DNA of 55,664 nucleotides, counting the filler, from Bipalium vagum (lineage: Eukaryota), in assembly GCA_037834085.1 (NCBI GenBank). It is 3 parts of 3 records of this genome, joined end to end, with 100 filler letters (N's around TTAATTAATTAA, not from the genome) between each part and the next. Parts side by side here need not be neighbours in the genome. Positions count along the whole stretch, not along the records: positions 33,042 to 55,664 come from JBBMKC010218909.1; 2 more parts are not named here. One strand, written 5' to 3'. Both the position numbers and the translations under genes were made by a program. Below are positions 37,701-51,300 of this stretch, one piece after another. How positions within the stretch are numbered: the stretch's first letter is position 1; each line of letters starts with the position of its first letter. The notes under the pieces were generated by a model. The model was not told the origin of the DNA. It worked only from the letters and a program-made list of their open reading frames with translations, and did no database searches.

Positions 37701-40700
37701 TACTTCGTATATTTTTGATGGAATGTTAAAAAACTGGTTCAGGAGGGAATTTTGTGGAAGAAATTTGTACAGGCAAATGGACATTAATTTGTTTAAATTT
37801 ATTTGAGTTATACTAAATTTGTTTATTTGAATATTAAATAAATACTTTTGAAATCATAAATTGTTATGATTCAATTGAAAGAATATTTACCGACCGACTA
37901 TACGGAACAACACAACAGGAAAAGAAAATTAAATATTTTGCCAAAGAAAGTGGTTGCACATCAATAAAATTTGCTTGGTCGGTGTTTTCGACCTGCTACT
38001 GACGGATGAAGCCGCTATTTTGTGGAAACATTTTAAATCGGAAGATACAACAGTAGCCGATACTAAACAATGGCTCTTAGATACCTTTACCCTCAAGAAG
38101 TCTTTCACAGACCTTATTATGGATTTGGAAGAGGTAAAACAGAAAAAAGATGAGAGATTCGCAACCTTCGAGATTAGAATACGAGAACTACTGAACAGTG
38201 TCTTAGACTCGGGTTTAACTAGAGTCGAAATGACCAATGATCTCTTAACAAAGAGGGCTAGAAGCGGGCGGGAGGTTTAAAGAAGCATTAATTTCGAGGC
38301 CAAATATTGAAACAACAGAAATCAGAAGTTTGGCTAAGCTATTCGAAGCCCGGAAACAACAAGAGGAGTTCTATCAAATAAATTCCGTTCGCAAACAAAG
38401 TTATGCAGAAGCCACGAGAAAGGAATCTTACGATAAATAACCTTTCAAGGGTAAATTTCGGAGATTAAATATTATAGAAACCGCGGTGATATTAGAAAGA
38501 CGTACGGAACTACATTTATCAAGCCCACAAGAAACTACGAAAATAAGGGAAGCATAGAAAGAGCGGATACCCCAGGGACGTCGGAGCCTAGAAGGATCAA
38601 TCCAAGAGTGTCAATGAAACATGTAGCGAGATGCTTGTATAACAAACTAAAAGGTTTACCTGCATCCAGAGGGATACAGTCGAGGACAGTGTTTCTGCTG
38701 TGGTGGTAATGATCATATAAAATTCGAATTCCCACTGAAAGGAAGATGTTTAATTTGTTGAAACCACGGACACCAGTTTCGAGATTGTCACCTATTAGAA
38801 GGAACTCATGAAGACAGTGAAGGTTGGTATTGTGTATACATGAGGAAATAGAAGATTCATTTTCAGACGGAGATAATTTGGAAACGAAAGAGAATGAAAA
38901 AACCTTACCGATTCCATCGCTTACATTTTGTCAGTTGGAACAAATCATTGGATAATTTTTAAAATCGGAATATGAACAGCAGAGACGCAATGTTCCTGTC
39001 AGAAGATAGACGACGATGGAGCCTAATGCCGATTGATGGAATAAAATTGAAAATGTTGTGGGACTCAGAAGCTTCAGTAACGGTGATGAGTGAAGAGTAT
39101 TGGAAGGAAGTTGACATGCTGAAGTTGGTGAAGAGCAACTTATTGCTGAGTGAAGATTTTTTGGAAGTTGGCGAAAAACATCTTGATTCCTGTATAGTGT
39201 GTTAGATGGAACGAAGAATTTCATGAAGAAGATATCGTAATAGTCGGGAATATACAACCAGGTTTAGTCGGTGGTGTAAATTTGATGAGATTATTTGGGG
39301 TCGATTTGTGTGAAATCAGCAGTATTGAGGAGGTGAATCTAAAGAAGAAAATTAATAATGAAAAACGCAAACAATTGATTGCACAACGCTGTACAGAACA
39401 ACCTTTGAAGAGATTACGAAATTTATTAATGAAATATGCACACATTTTTATGGGATCAACGTTTGACATTGGGCGCACTAAGATGGTGGAACATGACATA
39501 AGAATGACAACAGGTCCAATATTGAAACATCCAAGGCGGCAATGTATGCATCTCGAATCGAAAATTGACGAAATTATTGTGCAACTCATGCCAGCGGGTG
39601 TTATCCGGAAATACAAGAGTCCGTGGAATTCTTCACTGGTGATGATAGGAAAGACGAATATGTGTGGATTTTAGACGTATTAACGGTATTACAGAAAAAT
39701 TTTCCTTCCCAATGCCAGATATGTAACAGGGGTAAAGGTAAATCCAGGAAAGTCTAAAATTAATAACAAGAAATAGTGTTTCTTGAAAATACAGTGAGTG
39801 CAGTGGGAATTCTTAAAAATGAAAAGAAGATTCAGGAGATTATAAAAGTGGAACCGCCACAATTTGTCTCGAAGATGGGGTTATTTTTAGGCCTAACGAA
39901 CTATTACTGCAGTTTTATTGATAAATATGCAAAGAAATGCATGCATCATTATATGCCTTGACATCGGAAGGTATCAAACAGTTACTTTGGTCAAGTGAAT
40001 GCCAGAAAAACTTTGAAGAGCTAAAAAAAGATTATGAAATGCCCGAATACTCGATTATCCTAGATAAGGCAGAACTTTCGTGCTAGATATAGAAGCTAGT
40101 TTCAATGCCATCGGAGCTTTGTTGAGTCAATGGCGGGAAGATGGATCGGAAGCAGTAATTGCCTACGGCTCAAGGCATTTGTCAACACATAAAGTGGGTT
40201 ACTGTGTGACCCGGAGGAGTTTCTGGCAATGTATGAATTTTTTTTTCCATTTTAAACAATATCTATATGGTAAGCGATTTGTAATCCGAACGGACCATAT
40301 GGCCTTAGTATTTATGAATGACACAAAAAACCTACCAGTCCCCAATTCCAGCCCTGGCTGGCGAATTTAGTAAATTCAAATTTGACATGAGCTTTAGGAA
40401 AGGCAAAGAGCACAGTAATGCTGATTGTTTGTCAAGATTTTTAGAGGTCTTGTGTGCCAATAACTGGCAAAGACGGAGAAATCGATAATCCGTTATATTA
40501 ATGTGTTGAATGAAATGAGTACTAGATTCAAGGAAATTTAGCGCAGACAGAATTTTGACCAAGCGGTTGTGAGCTTTAGAAAGTATATATCGGAAGGAAG
40601 ACGGAGCCTGTTGTACACCTCGAAGGAAAATTGTCTTTTTCAAGTGAAAGATGATTTAGATGTCGTCGGTAATTTATTAATTGCATGTCAAAATACTAGG

Positions 40701-43700
40701 AAGGAAATAGTAATTCCTGAGAGTTATATGACGGAATTTGTACATGCAATTCACTGTGAACTCTGTCATTTAGGCAGTAAAAAATATCATTATCTGGGGG
40801 ACCATTATGTTTGGCCAGCAATGTGGAGTTCCATTAAATCGTGCTTGAAAACCTGTCTAATCTGTGCAAAGAGAAAATTAGATGAACATGCACCATAAAG
40901 GTTTTGATTCCAAGATGTAGTGAGAATTTTTGGAGCAGATTATGATAGACATTGCTTTTATGGAAAGATCAAAAGCTTGTTATAAATTTGTCCTTGTCAT
41001 TATGGATCGTTTTAGTAAGCTGGTGAATTTGAGCGCGTTGACTAAAATAGATGATAGAACTATTTAAAAAAAATTATGAAAAACTGGGTTTATAAATTTG
41101 GAAGGCCGGAGAGTATCCTAACAGATAGAAAACGCAATTTTGAGAGCGCTTGGCAGCAGCAGAAATGGAAAGCTATGAATACCAACTAAGAATTCAGTCC
41201 TCCCCATAATCACCAATCCAATGGTCTTGTGGAGAGAATAATAAGAACGATTCGAGACATGATAACCACTTCAAAAACGAGTGTTTAAGAAAAACAGAAC
41301 AGGCACGAACTGCTACCGAGGATTGAGTTTAGCATTAATGCTACCAAGCAAAGCTTGACAAAATTCTCACCGTTTGAAATCGTCTGCGGTCGGTATTGGA
41401 TGAGGTTATCGGGGTTGATACGGATATCACAAAGGAAGCGAAAGTAAATTTGGATACAAATGCCGACGAAATGGGTCAAGTCTAAAGAAGCAAACGCGAG
41501 AAACAAATTTTCTCGATTGGAGATTCAGTGTTGGTCAGGGTGGAGCCACACAAAAGGAAGAAGAATGGTGTTCAAGATGAAGGACAGAAATCATAAAATT
41601 GCATCTGTTTCAAATCACATAAGTACACATTTTTCATTATACATGTACCATTCTTCTATATGTCAGATGATATAATGAACAGCATTAAAGCTAAATGAAA
41701 AGTTACTCTCATTACTGAAGGCAACTTCCACCGCCAGAGTTTACAATGCATAGTTGCACCGTCTAAACAACGTAATTATTAAATATCGTCCAGATCGTCA
41801 GAATATTCAGAACACGGCAATGCTTGTTCTCATACAGCAATGCTACGAAAATGGATCTGGAGAAACTTGAATGGGAGATCATTCCTAACGACCCACTCAA
41901 ATGACCTCAGTGCTTCGGGTTTTCATTCCTTTCGCTCACGTTTTTTTCGAAAGTGGCTTTCTTTTTCGCTCAGAGCCTTAAAGGAAATATCGTTTGATAA
42001 TGAAGATAAGCTTGAAAATGGACTATGAATGGTTCGCATCTAAACTCGCAAAGTTTCTCAAGCAAGGGTTCGAAAAAATGCAATGTCGTTGGGAATAAGT
42101 CATAAACAATGGCGATGATTATATTATTGATTATTATTTATCTGTGTGTTAAAAAATACATTTTCCTATTGTATATTTGTTTGAAGAAATAAATTTTTTT
42201 AATGAAATTTTAAAATTTCTTTTTTTATCTTTATTCTTAATTTAAAAACTAAGGATTTATGTATAATTATTTCCTTTACTTATTTATTTTTATTTATTTA
42301 ATTTTTTTAAAAGCGATTTCGTATGGAGACTCACACGAGGATTTCTTCGCAATATCAAAAAGTGAACTGATCTGGCACATGATTAGACTTAATCAAACAA
42401 AAATGTTTCCGACCTCCATTGGGAATCGAGCCAGAACCATGGACTACGATTGGTTGAACAGATATATCACCATTATTACAGACACAAAAGTGATCAATTA
42501 TTATTTATTAATAACTAAAACTTTGGTTTTAGCTTTTTCAGATAAACCTCACAAGTAAATCTACTATAGAAATAGAATGTGACGGCGGATGTTTATATTT
42601 GGATGGAGTGGTTGACCCTTTGAATGGGTATGTTTAAGCTTTACTATTTACGAAAAATAATTTCTCATTCTTTTTCCAGATATCTACATCTATTATTAAA
42701 TAACAATACTCATTATTTTTATATCAGTATTTTATCACTGAATTCGAAAAATAGCTCCATAACAGAATCAATAGTCAAAAGTGTTCCTATCAATTTCCTT
42801 CCTTATTCTATCTTACTAAATAATGATTTCATGTCTATTAAAATATTGGGAAATGGAACTTTGGCCACTTATTTCATTAATAATTCTTCCATTATTTCTA
42901 TCTCAATTCCACTGAATACTAATGCAAAATTATTAATGTCTTCACATGGATATATGGCATGGGGGGCAAATATAAGTTATACTTTTGAAGAAAGATCATC
43001 AGACAAAAACTATCATTTTAATAGAATAACACAACATAATGATTACTATACAAATGCGAAGTCAGCTTACAGAACCCCTCTAGGTAATAGATCTCATTCA
43101 CTAAATTTGGATTTCTTTATTTTTATTTCAGTCCCATTATTGCCTTTCCAAATTACAAATTCGTTTGTCGGGAGTAATTTTATAATTTCAACGTGGACGC
43201 AAAATTTTGCTGAGTGGCAATGTGAGTACTGTATTTATATCTGAAACTTCATTATAAGGTTTTGGAGGCTCCACTATAAATATTTTCATGAGTATTAAAT
43301 ATAACTCAAAAGATTTGTAACAAAATCATTACAATCATTTATCTTTCTTTCACCTTTATATTATCTTTTTTTCTGTTTCCTTTCAAATGAGTTTACAAAC
43401 ATATCTGAAAAGAAAAAAATTGTTTAGAGCAATAGTAAATTTATTTTAAAAAGAATTTTTTAAAATATCAGCTGTTTTTTTATTTACTAGCATGGCTCAC
43501 AAGTTTCCGGAATTTGTAATTTAATATTGTTACTGAATACAAAAATTATAAAAATGAATTTTATTCCTCGAAATAAAATCCCTCATGCTCAATTGTCTTC
43601 AACAATTTTTCAGCAAGGCGTAAGAGACAATATTGATAGAAGACTGTATCTTTGAATTCAACAAATTCATGACATGGTTTTCAATATCATTTAGTACTAA

Positions 43701-46700
43701 AAATTTCGTTTTTTCAAGAAAGTGAATATTGATCGAAACAGATGGGAATATGATGTCGCTAGATCGAACTTTATGCTGGATGTGGTAATTTTTGCTTAAG
43801 ATAAGATAGCCATATGCGGCTTCGGAGTATCCAGGAAAAGTTAATCTTTTTTTCGATTCCTTAATATAACCGCGTACATTCAATTGTTTTGCTGGAAATA
43901 TAGATATCCATAGATATGTTGAGATCAATAGAAAAAGAGGTCCCAGCACCAATCAAATCAAAATCAAAGCCCACAAAGGAGCCGAAACCAAAACAATCAG
44001 AGTAAGAGCTTATGGAGGATAATTCTGCAAAACTCTTACTGGACATATAACTGATATCTTTAATTGTGAAATTTGCATGAAAAGCCTTGTCAGGTTTACT
44101 TTATTTTTATATGTCATTTTATATTTATATTATATTTTATAAAAATAATAATATTTAAATTATAAATTTGTTTTTAATTAAAATAAATAAATATAATAAT
44201 ATAATTTGTGAGCTGAAGCTAATTAAAACTTAACTCACAAAATTAATATTAATTAATGGAGAAACTTAATAATATTAATTAAAATATTAATTAAATATTT
44301 AATAAAAATTAATTAATAATGATAATAATAATAATTTTATTAATTTCAATAAAAAAATGGAAATGGGGAAAATATAAAGTAATAAATTAAATAATATATA
44401 ATTTTATTAAATATTTTTTACATTTTTATTTGTATTTAGCTAAGACTTGCTGGAAAAATTTCCAATATGAGATAATAATCTATTCTAATGGATCACGGAT
44501 CCATAGTGAAGAAATTGTTTCAAAAAAAGTTTTGTATAAAGGTCTTCCTTCAAAGAGTGAAGTACGACTTACAGTGAAAGTTGGTCATTATGAAGAATCA
44601 GTTACAGGGATGAACTTTCCAGAAAATTTGAATACCCTTAAATATTTTATAGTTCAAAATGGCATAATTAGAGAATATGAAATGGTTTTATTCAATCTTA
44701 ATGTAAAAAGGATTTACACTATTTTCAAAGAGAAAGGAGATGTAAAAGGTTTGTAAATTTAAAAGTAAAGTTTAATTATGCTCTGATATGATAATTTGCG
44801 AAGGTTTCAGAATATCAAATGTGAGAGTTTATTAAGTAATTATCTTGACCTGAAGGCACTTGTAAAGATGGTTACGATATAAATCTTTTTACCTGTCAAA
44901 ATATTTTATGAAAAGAAGGTTTAGATTTTTCATTTACTAAATGAAGGAGGTTTATTAACTCATTTGTCTTTTGGTTTTCTGAAAATTTAATATAACCTGT
45001 AACATAGTGAATAAGAAAATTTAAGGAATCCTTTTCCATGCTATGCTCAGTGAACCTCAAAATCAAAAGTTCAGCCTGCCGCCCTACTAAATTGCGAGAC
45101 CAAAAAAACCAAAACTATATTTGAAATATATTCTTGATTTAATTTAACTTGCGATCGATTTTATTATTATTTTATTATTATTTGGTTGTATCAACAGTTT
45201 CCGCGATTTTGATATTAGTTTAATTTTTAATCAAATATTTTCAATAACAATTCTTGAAACCATTGATATTTTACCATCAAACTTTCTTTGCAGGTTTTGT
45301 TTAAATAAACATATCAATGTGTTTAATTCAATTTATAATTATAGTATAATGAATACAGAAAGCAATACAATTCCAGGTTTATTCCATCATCAATGGAAAC
45401 AGATTTTTATAAACGATATTGTTATTTTGCAGCTAATATTAGACATTAGACATAACTAAATCGAAAGTAAATTTATTATTATTATTACTATTAAAGTTTA
45501 AGATCTTTATTAGTCCTGTTTCAGATGTATAGAGTTAAAATATACTGTTTACTAACTTGAAAATTAACATATAACTTGATTTATAAAAACTATTTTTCTC
45601 TTTTTGATTAATTCTCACTATTATTCTTCAATGCTATGGTATTTATTTGATCGGTCGTGATAGATGCGTTGGTCGTCATTGTTTGCTAAGTTAATACGTG
45701 ATTGATAAGTAATTACTTTTGTCATTTCTATTAAATTATTATGTCCATTTTCGTATATTGATATTTATTTCGTAAAAATTACATTAAGTAATAAGTTATT
45801 ATTTATCTTTAGTCTTATTATTTTAATTAAATTTTACCCTAATTTATTATTATATTTAAAATTATCGTTTTCCGTGGAAAAAGAAATAAAGGATCTTTAG
45901 AATTTTTTATATATATTATTTAATTTTGGCCTACTTAAAAAAAATAAAAATATTTAAATCAATAAATAATTTATAAGTCAAATTATGTTCAAGTCAAATG
46001 TTCACACCAAACCAAAGCACATTACAAGACTTTATATTAAGATCACTGTCATAAGCATATTGCAACATTTGCTTTGAATTGTCATATTGAAGTTGAACTA
46101 ATTTTTAATTCATGGGAAAATATTTTTTATTATTTACAAGGAGAATCGGCACACCTTTATTGGCCTATCTCTAGTAATCCTATTAAATCTGGTTTACCTT
46201 ACATTTTACATTAATTTAAGCTCTGAACATCATGTTAAGCAAAGAGAAAAATCCACTGATTTTTATACATGCTTAAATTAGATACATGAGCATTTATACG
46301 AGCCACAGAAACATCCAAAATGAATGGCGTATTTGTTTCGGGTACTAATAATGACTACTGAGCAATATTGGATTCGTAAGTTTCTTACAGGAGATTAGTA
46401 TCTGAAAGATGAGAAACAGCTGAGTATATCAACTGCTTGATAACAAACAATTGAAAACTATAATTAAAGCTGATCCTCAAATAACTGTCTGGAATTGCAA
46501 AAGATCTGCATGTTGACCATACAAACATTAGTTAGTTAAAATAAATATGAAAATAGATGCAGCATGATTTAAACAAAAACCAAAGAAATACCATTCTTCT
46601 AAGAAATCGTTTCTCAAACATATTGTAAAATGTAACCAGAATCGGATAGTTCTCAACAACACGAGACGATTAATAGCACTTCAAAAAGCCAAAATTATAC

Positions 46701-48340
46701 GAAAAGAAATAATGGTGACTTTTTAGTAACCACGGACGCTTCACAAAATGAAAAGATGATCACGATTATTAAGTCTAGTAAATAGGGCCAAGGTTCATTC
46801 TATCTTTACAACACAACAAGGGTGTATGTCTCAAAATTTACAGATTAATTTGTACGATTGGAATGTGAAATCCACTATGTCTATAGATTCTCCCTCGTCT
46901 AAAGCCTACTATTTCTTAAGAATCTGGTAAATTTCTTTTGGGAAGTTGTTGAACTTCATGAATTTCTTCAACTTCATGGCTACCCTAACAAAATATTTTT
47001 TACTCGATTGAAACAAATACACTTTAAATAATGTTACATGTGCATCCTATTTCATTGAAGCAATCATAATTTCTTTAACATCAACCTAATATTTTTTGGT
47101 TGGGAAGCTCCATATGAAAATAATATTGAAAACTTGTTTCTAATTTATTAATAGACAAAATTACTACTTCAAAATAGATAAAATCTTCAAAATGGTGCTC
47201 AAACACAGATATAAGAGGAAAGATCAGAACTTTACTACATACCTAATAATTAGGATAATATTGAAAATACTTTTCATTAATTTCCAGTCAAATTGTAATA
47301 ATTGTTAGTGAAAATTAATCGGAGATACCGGGATTCGAACCCGGGACCTTCACATGCGCATGCACTGCTCTGACCGCTGAGCTACATCCCCTGACTAATT
47401 TTCAATTTATCTCACAATAATAATTATATAAATAATACTAATAATAATAATAAATAGTAAAAAATAATAAAATAATAATAATAATAAAGTTTAATTTCAG
47501 ACCTACAAGCCTTTAAAAACGTTGGGTTTATACTATTAACAAATGGCACAATTCTTAAAGTATCTCGTAATTCGAAAGAGAAAGTGCTTGAAGATGTTCA
47601 AGCTTTGAAATTTGACGTAGATTATCGAACTGGGAATGTCTATTTTATTGATTCCAGAACTCGAAGGGTTAGTGTCCTAAGAATTTGAGTTTCTTTTATG
47701 ACCTGATGAATATATTTTAATTTTTCCATTGAATCCACACTAAAATAAAAAAATTTTAATTGTTAACTTATTTCTTAATTGACTCAATTTAAATCACATT
47801 AATATTAATGTTAAATCATTTTTAGATTATTTACTTTAAGGGTGGGAGGTATAGGAATGCGAGTGGCCTAAAGTTGGAGTTTTGAATCTCATCTCAATCT
47901 GTATTAATATTAATTTAAATTAATCGAAATAATTAAATTAAAAAATTATTTAAAAGTATAAATCCATCGGTACCTTGACTAAAATTTGAATTGTAGAAAG
48001 ACCGTAATTTTCTAGAAAAATTTTCTTGAAAAATAATAATAAAAAAATAAAAGAATAAATAAATAAAATAAATTATTAAACAATAAATCAATAAATAAAA
48101 ATTTAAGACATTTGATATTAGAAACAGAAAATAATCATATAAATCTAAGCCTTTAGATTTGTTAAAATGGATAACAGCTGAGAGCGCTCTCTCAAAAGTG
48201 GCCGCCGCAAAGAAAAAATTATTTCATTTAAGTTTTTGAGAAATTATTTTAATTTTAAACATTGCCTAAAAATATTCAGAGCTTTATATTTCTTAAATAA
48301 TTTTGAGCAGTTTAAGATTCTATTCCTCCTTATAAATAAT

Positions 48341-48395
<55 letters not shown>

Positions 48396-51300
48396 TTTAC
48401 CATTTTTACTATTATTATATATTAATCATATATCATCCTCTTTTAAAATGATTATTGTACAAAGAATAATATAATATTAAAAATACATTTTATATTAATA
48501 AATTATTGTTCAGTTAATTAACAGTAGTTATTTTTAATTATTTAAAATTGGATTATTACCTTTATTATCTATTATTTTTAATTATACATAGTAAATTTAA
48601 TTTAATTTAATTATTTTTTAATTCATTTAAATCTTTTTATTCAGCTATACCGATATCGTCCGGGAAAAAACGAAACTTACAAAATTGATTTAATCAATAA
48701 AGTCCTGGTAGAAGACTTCGAAATTTTTTCCAATTATTCCATTATAATATATAAAAATAAGACGGGCGTCTTTATTTCAAATATGAATGGGTTATCAATC
48801 GATAATAATAAGAAGGCGTTTAGAATAGAAAATAAAACAATAGAATGCAATAAGCAACCTATAAATTTGACCAAAGTTTTTGGTGTGAGGAAACTTGTGG
48901 CATTTTTAAATAATGAAAGACGGTAATATTTTTTAGTATATTATATATTATTACATCTTAAGTTAACCGAGAGTTAATAATACGTTTAATCTGATTCAAA
49001 ATTATAACTATATAATATAATTATATATATTATTATTATATAATATCTGATATAATTATCTGATATTTTATTAAATTAAATAAGATAATCGGAAAGTGGC
49101 TTGTAATAGGGGAAACGCGATATATGTTAATATTATCTATTAATTTAAAACAATTCAAAGGGTTATTACTTTTTGAACTAGGCATAAAAACATTTTATGG
49201 AGGAAAAGGTACGATAAAAAAACAGACACAGAGAATTTTTGATAAGCTAAGATTTATACTCAGGATCATTATTTCGACAAAAGATTGATCTTATCTCCAC
49301 TCTGGGAATTCAAGAATGCCAAAATAAAAATAAAATACGATTAGGCAATGAGTAGATTTATATTGAATGAGTGAATAGTCAAATAATTATCAATACTATT
49401 CCTCTTCCTACAACAAAATCAACAGTATATCGGTAAAATAAATGATAATAATATCAAAATAAAACCAATCAAGTTTACTACATTAACTTACTTTTGGATC
49501 AGGTGTCCATTGGACTCAATCTACGTTTCACGCCTCCTTTCGGAAAACAAGGCGGCTGTTTAAGGGGTACAAACCATCGATCTTATCATCATACAAAACA
49601 CTTAAAAAATCCAAAAAATATTTATGGGGACGCTTTAAAAACTATGATTTATGAAGAAATCAATATAAAATAACTTATTATTATGAAATATATATTTAAT
49701 ATATAATTTTTCTGCCATAAATTAATTAACTTCTCTAGATTTATATTATTATTATATTTTATATTATTATTATATTTTTTTATTATAATGATAAGTATTA
49801 TTACTATTTATTGAATTTTAAGCATGATAACCTTAAGTGTAAAACCCTTAATCTGTAACCTAACAAATAAAATATAATTCTTAATATATTTACTTTATGT
49901 CATTTAATATTTCAGATGTTTCCCAATTAACTCTGGCCTGGTTACAATTTCCTCTACTAATATATATTTGACAAACTGGGAAGGGAATAGTTCATTAATT
50001 TTATATAACAATTCAACTGGTGTTTCAATGATCAGATTTTTAGATCATGGTAATATCTAAATGAATTTAAAGTATCATTAAAAATTTAGGTAGATTAAAA
50101 CAATCTTCAAAGAATATTAATTAAAATTTATTTTCTGAAATTTTTAAATACTTTGAATTTAATTTACGTTAATTACAAAAATATATAATTTTATATGAAT
50201 TAAATATAATCATTTTTAAAAAATCGCCTTTTATTATTTGAATGAAATGCATCGGAATTATTACACTTGTTGTTTAATCACTCTATTTTAGTTAGATATT
50301 ACATTTTTGTATGCGCATCGTTTAAATGAATAAGTAAATAATTCATGAATGATAAGTACTCATAGTATACATTTAACATTATCATTGGAATAAGACAGAG
50401 ACAGTATTTCATCTAGCCATCGGAATTTGAAAGAGGTCTAATATTAGAACTTCATGAAATTGAAATAAGTATTTGAAAAATTGCTACAAGTTTTAAAAGA
50501 AATTGTTCTACTATTTTGTGGACATGGAATGCGTGATGTCAGGAAGGATTTCGATATTTTCAAAGTTTACAATTATCGATAAATCGAACAAAAATGAAAA
50601 TAGAAACCATCTCCTTGCTGTTAGAGACAGATTTATGCCGACCATAAAAATTCTGTTTATAATTAGAAAATAAACTTCAGAAAAAAAGAGTTTTTAAAAT
50701 CAATATTTCGAAACAATTAAGTGGACATTAAAATCTCCCGATATCAATTTAGAAAAAATACTTGGAAAATGCTTTTGAATATTATTTATTTTAGTGATCA
50801 ACCGAAAAATACTAAAGATTTACAGGAAAGATTATTTCAAGCAGTTGTCCAGATAAATTTTGTGAAACAAAATATCTCAAATTTAAACTATACCTTTGAA
50901 GAAAGAGTTTAAAAATTGTAGATTTAACGAAACTTTAAATATAATAAAATCCTCTTCGATGTATGAAAAACATTTCTAAATTAAATTCTTTTTTAATAAT
51001 GTTTCACTTTAATTGTGAAATGGAAATCATAAGTTTTCATATTTATTTTTTAACAAATAAAGACAATTTTCAATGTAAATAAAAAATAATTATCCCATTA
51101 ACAAAATGATTTTCAACAATGATAATAAGCATATAAAAAAGATTTCCCACCAGTATATATTATAAGTTCTGCGATTTATTTTGTCTAATATGGTCCTCAT
51201 CGAGCGATCGTGATCTAAACCTCACTATCAAACTTAGTGAATTTCGTTCCACAATCAAAAACCTATTAATAAAAAGATTGGTGACATTTCAAAATTATTT

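Noticed and set aside
43599-44046. Nested antisense host gene from the 117-aa and 61-aa ORFs
   Set aside because: Alternate frames show mariner motifs (LDTPKPH, DLATSYSHLFRS), so it is TE decay.
45293-45466. Extra + strand exon of the ROS1-like gene
   Set aside because: It has stops in all frames, exon 44748 splices in phase directly to 47501, and the - strand looks like mariner.
48236-48451. Poly-Tyr protein ORF
   Set aside because: Translation of a (TAT)n microsatellite in an intron.
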